DNA from: Rhodothermales bacterium
Lineage (GTDB): Bacteria; Bacteroidota; Rhodothermia; Rhodothermales; UBA10348
DNA length: 44,816 nt
Assembly: GCA_013003255.1 (NCBI GenBank)
Contig: JABDJZ010000468.1
Location: 1-44,816 of the forward strand
Direction of reading: 5' to 3'
Shown: in pieces, positions 42,031 to 44,816 of the stretch
Layout: every line of letters begins with the position of its first letter
Numbering within the stretch: position 1 is the stretch's first letter
The notes under the pieces: generated by a model
Database searches by the model: none
Told to the model about the DNA's origin: nothing
The model's input: the letters and a program-made list of their open reading frames with translations, nothing else
Made by a program: the position numbers and the translations under genes

Positions 42031-44816
42031 TCAGTTCCCGGAGGCGGATCGCGCGGTCCTGAGTCCCCAGATGCGGACGTCATCCAGGAACACGTAGATG
42101 GCCGGCAGAATGATCAGCGTGACCAGCGTCGAGAACGACAGCCCGCCGACGATCGCCCGCGCCATGGGGTAGTAAGGCGGCCCGTCGCCTCCGATGAGGG
42201 TATTGCCGATGCAAAGGGGCACCATGCCCAACACCGTGGTTGCGGCCGTCATCACGATGGGACGCATCCGGTCCCGCGCCGCCTGAACAATGGCGTCGTG
42301 GCGTTCAAGGCCCTCACCGCGGAGGTGATTGATGTGATCGATGAGCACGATCCCGTTGTTGACCACCACGCCGATAAGCACCAGGATGCCGATCCACGCC
42401 ATGATGGAGAACGTCGTGGCGGTGGCGAGGAAGAACCAGAAAACGCCGACGATGGCAAAGAGGATGGATGTCCAGATGGCCGCCGGGTGGATGAGCGATT
42501 CAAACAGCGATGCCATCACGAGGTAGATCAGGACCAGTGCCAGAAGCAGGTTCATCATCATGATCTGCTGGCTCTGCGCCTCCTCGCTGAATCGTCGTCC
42601 GTAGCCCCACGTGTAGCCGGCAGGCAGTTCGTAATTCGACATGGTCTGCGAGATGCGCTCACGCGCCTCCTCCAGCGTAATGTCTTCGAGGAAGACCGTG
42701 ACGCCCATCATGGTCACGCGGTCTTCCCTGTTAATCGACCGCCGTGCCTGCCTGGGGTTGAGGTCTGCGAGCGACGCGAGCTTGATCTGCTCGCCGTCAC
42801 CGATTTGAAGCGGCAGATTGCGAAGGTCGTCCACGGACCGGCGGTCCCGGTTCTGGAATTCGATCCGGAGATCCACCTCGCCGGCTTCGGTGCGGATCCT
42901 ACGGAGATTCTGTCCACGCATTGCCGTGGACACCGTCCGGGCCACCGACTCCGCAGACAGGCCGTACTGGCTGGCCCGATCCCGATCCACCACCACCTGG
43001 ACTTCCTGATCATCCGTCTCCGCCTCGGACCGGACGTCCTTGAAACCCTCCACACGCGACAGCACCTGAGCCACATCGCGTGACATCTGCACCAAGCGAT
43101 CGCTGGATTCGCCCTGCAGCAGGATTCGAACGTTCTCGCCCGTGATCCCACCGCCCCAGTCAAAGGACGGGCGGGCGATGGCCATTTTCGGGAAGCCCTC
43201 GCGGATCCGATCCTCCAGCTCCGAAAGTTCGGTATCGCTGTCGGGGTCCAGCAGCAGGGTCGACTGGGCCGACCCGCCCTCGTAGTACGAATAGACGTTC
43301 TCGATCTCGAAGCGCTCCTTGTTTGCAAAGAGGTACTCCTCCATCTCGTCGACCGCCTCCTCAACCCGTTCCACGGTGTATTGGCCCTGGATGTTGTAGA
43401 TCACGAAGATCTCCCGCTCCCCCTGCTCATTGGGGAAGAAATCCATGTTCACCAGGGAGGCCGGAATGATTACGCTCAGGAGCGTACCGATGACCACGGC
43501 GGCAGCCACCCTGGGTCGCTTCAACATGCTGCTCAGGAGGCCTGCGTACCGCTCGGTGGCCCATTCGATGGAGTTGGAAGCGCCCGTGTCCGGCGGCGGC
43601 TTAAGGCGCGATGCCAGCAGCGGAACCACTGTCAGGGAAATCAGGAGCGATACCCCGAGCGAAATGATGATGGCTACCGCCACGTGCTTCAGGAACAGCG
43701 TGACCTCATCGGCCTGACTGACCACCATGGGAAGGAAGACGATGGCGGTGGTAAGGGTCCCTGCCGTCACGGCCAGGGACACCTCGCGAACACCGCGAAG
43801 CGTCGCAGCGCGGGGATTCTCCGGATCCAGCCGCTGGTGTCGGTGAATGTTCTCGGTGACAACCACCGCGTTGTCCACCAGCATCCCGACGGCCAGCATC
43901 AGGCCCATCATGCTCAGGATATTCAGGGTGAAGCCCAGGAAGTAGAGGGCACCCACCGTACACAGGATGGATATGGGGACGGCCAGCGTCACGACCAGCG
44001 TGGTCGAGAGTCGACGCAGGAAGAAGAACAGCACCAGAAGGGCGAACACCCCGCCCCAGGCCCCCGATTCCAGCAGGTCCCGGAGCGACTGGACGATGCC
44101 TTCGGCCGCATTCCCCATGTAGTAGATGTTGATCCCGGCCATGTCGGGGTCGTCACCCACCTCGGCCAAGGCCTCGTCGATGCGATCCGCCACCGCCACG
44201 GTATTGGCGCCGGCCTCCTTCCGGATGTCCAGTCCCACCGCATAGTTGCGATTCAGGTGACGGCCATGGTTCAGCTCGGGGTCATCCAGCGTGACGCGGG
44301 CGACATCGGACAGGCGAAGTCCATCGCGCCTGATGACCAGGTCCCGGACCTCGTCCACGCTCCGGATTTCTCCCACCGGGCGTACCACGTAGCGCTGTCC
44401 CGCATCCGTAATGCGTCCGGCCGTCACGGAGAAGTTTGCGGACTGCAGGTCCGAGGTCAGCTTGCCCAGATCCACCCGGTGGGCCGCGATCCGGTCTGCC
44501 AGCAGTTCAATCTTGATTTCCCGCCGGTTCACCCCGTAGAGATCCACGCGCGAGACACCCTCGACCCGCTCCAGGACCTGCTTGAGCTTGCGGTCCAAGA
44601 GCTCGTAGGACCCTGAGAGGTCCCGCTCCGAAGACAACCGGAGCTGCAGGATGGGCTCATCTGCCATGTTGAACCGATTGACAAAGATCCGCTCGACATC
44701 GGCCGGGAACTGGTCCCGCACGGCGTCGATGCGTTCCCTGACCTGAATGGCCTTCAGGTCCGTATCGGCTCCCCAGTCAAACTCCAGGAAGAGGTTCGAT
44801 CCGCCCTCGTAGGAGT
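42031..44816 (-). CDS. RND efflux transporter permease (AcrB/CzcA superfamily), N-terminal ~130 aa beyond the right edge (partial)
   Basis: The track lists 42031..44721 from an internal GTG, but the frame stays open to 44816. I translated it as ...SYEGGSNLFLEFDWGADTDLKAIQVRERIDAV-RDQFPADVERIF. It shows typical RND porter/TM organisation (MMGLMLAVGMLVDNAVVVTENI, GILVLIGVVVNNGIVLIDHIN). Confidence 0.92.
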   Translation of the reverse strand, partial: SYEGGSNLFLEFDWGADTDLKAIQVRERIDAVRDQFPADVERIFVNRFNMADEPILQLRLSSERDLSGSYELLDRKLKQVLERVEGVSRVDLYGVNRREIKIELLADRIAAHRVDLGKLTSDLQSANFSVTAGRITDAGQRYVVRPVGEIRSVDEVRDLVIRRDGLRLSDVARVTLDDPELNHGRHLNRNYAVGLDIRKEAGANTVAVADRIDEALAEVGDDPDMAGINIYYMGNAAEGIVQSLRDLLESGAWGGVFALLVLFFFLRRLSTTLVVTLAVPISILCTVGALYFLGFTLNILSMMGLMLAVGMLVDNAVVVTENIHRHQRLDPENPRAATLRGVREVSLAVTAGTLTTAIVFLPMVVSQADEVTLFLKHVAVAIIISLGVSLLISLTVVPLLASRLKPPPDTGASNSIEWATERYAGLLSSMLKRPRVAAAVVIGTLLSVIIPASLVNMDFFPNEQGEREIFVIYNIQGQYTVERVEEAVDEMEEYLFANKERFEIENVYSYYEGGSAQSTLLLDPDSDTELSELEDRIREGFPKMAIARPSFDWGGGITGENVRILLQGESSDRLVQMSRDVAQVLSRVEGFKDVRSEAETDDQEVQVVVDRDRASQYGLSAESVARTVSTAMRGQNLRRIRTEAGEVDLRIEFQNRDRRSVDDLRNLPLQIGDGEQIKLASLADLNPRQARRSINREDRVTMMGVTVFLEDITLEEARERISQTMSNYELPAGYTWGYGRRFSEEAQSQQIMMMNLLLALVLIYLVMASLFESLIHPAAIWTSILFAIVGVFWFFLATATTFSIMAWIGILVLIGVVVNNGIVLIDHINHLRGEGLERHDAIVQAARDRMRPIVMTAATTVLGMVPLCIGNTLIGGDGPPYYPMARAIVGGLSFSTLVTLIILPAIYVFLDDVRIWGLRTARSASGN

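Noticed and set aside
41935-44616. Plus ORFs 41935..43083 (382 aa) and 43381..44616 (411 aa)
   Set aside because: They are antisense to the RND pump. Their products are His/Arg/Asp/Gly-rich and low complexity.
1-44816. CRISPR arrays, transposases/integrases, phage genes and recognisable defence-system enzymes (nucleases, methylases, reverse transcriptases, STAND/TIR domains)
   Set aside because: I read through all gaps and ORF translations and found no spaced direct repeats and no such domains. The window looks like core chromosome.

Overview
GC-rich 44.8-kb chromosomal stretch, densely coding on both strands. I can support about 38 protein genes (both edge genes are partial), one tRNA(CAT), and several intrinsic terminators and hairpins. 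I saw no rRNA, CRISPR array, transposase/integrase or dispersed repeat family. Most genes are housekeeping: fbaB, mazG, ssb, purF, holB, PSP1/RicT, tsaB, accD, Sua5/tsaC and an EF-G paralogue. The rest are mainly envelope functions. A T9SS-type C-terminal sorting domain, a GldE-like CNNM/CBS protein, a TonB-dependent receptor and the high GC suggest a Bacteroidota-related, Rhodothermota-like organism; this is inference only. I found no clear defence island or mobile element. Seven places deserve a second look. (1) An amidase gene is followed by a MamK-family actin gene, with no magnetosome genes nearby. (2) An orphan EutN/CcmL vertex gene sits divergent from an orphan Phd/YefM antitoxin. (3) Next to that pair is a AAA+ protein with a disordered N-terminus and what looks like a degenerate first ATPase module. 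(4) A cassette of three exported amidohydrolases keeps the HxH metal motif only in the middle gene. (5) A peptidoglycan-turnover neighbourhood contains a translationally coupled GHL10 / amidase-like lipoprotein / AmpG operon, convergent with SpoIID/LytB plus a TonB-dependent receptor. (6) A structured non-coding gap of about 330 nt after purF ends in a strong terminator. (7) A 39-codon tail-anchored ORF has a hairpin-rich leader and its own terminator. Many long ORFs in the six-frame track are antisense or out-of-frame shadows typical of high-GC DNA, and I rejected them. No search or computation was run: all family calls rest on motif and colinearity recognition by eye.
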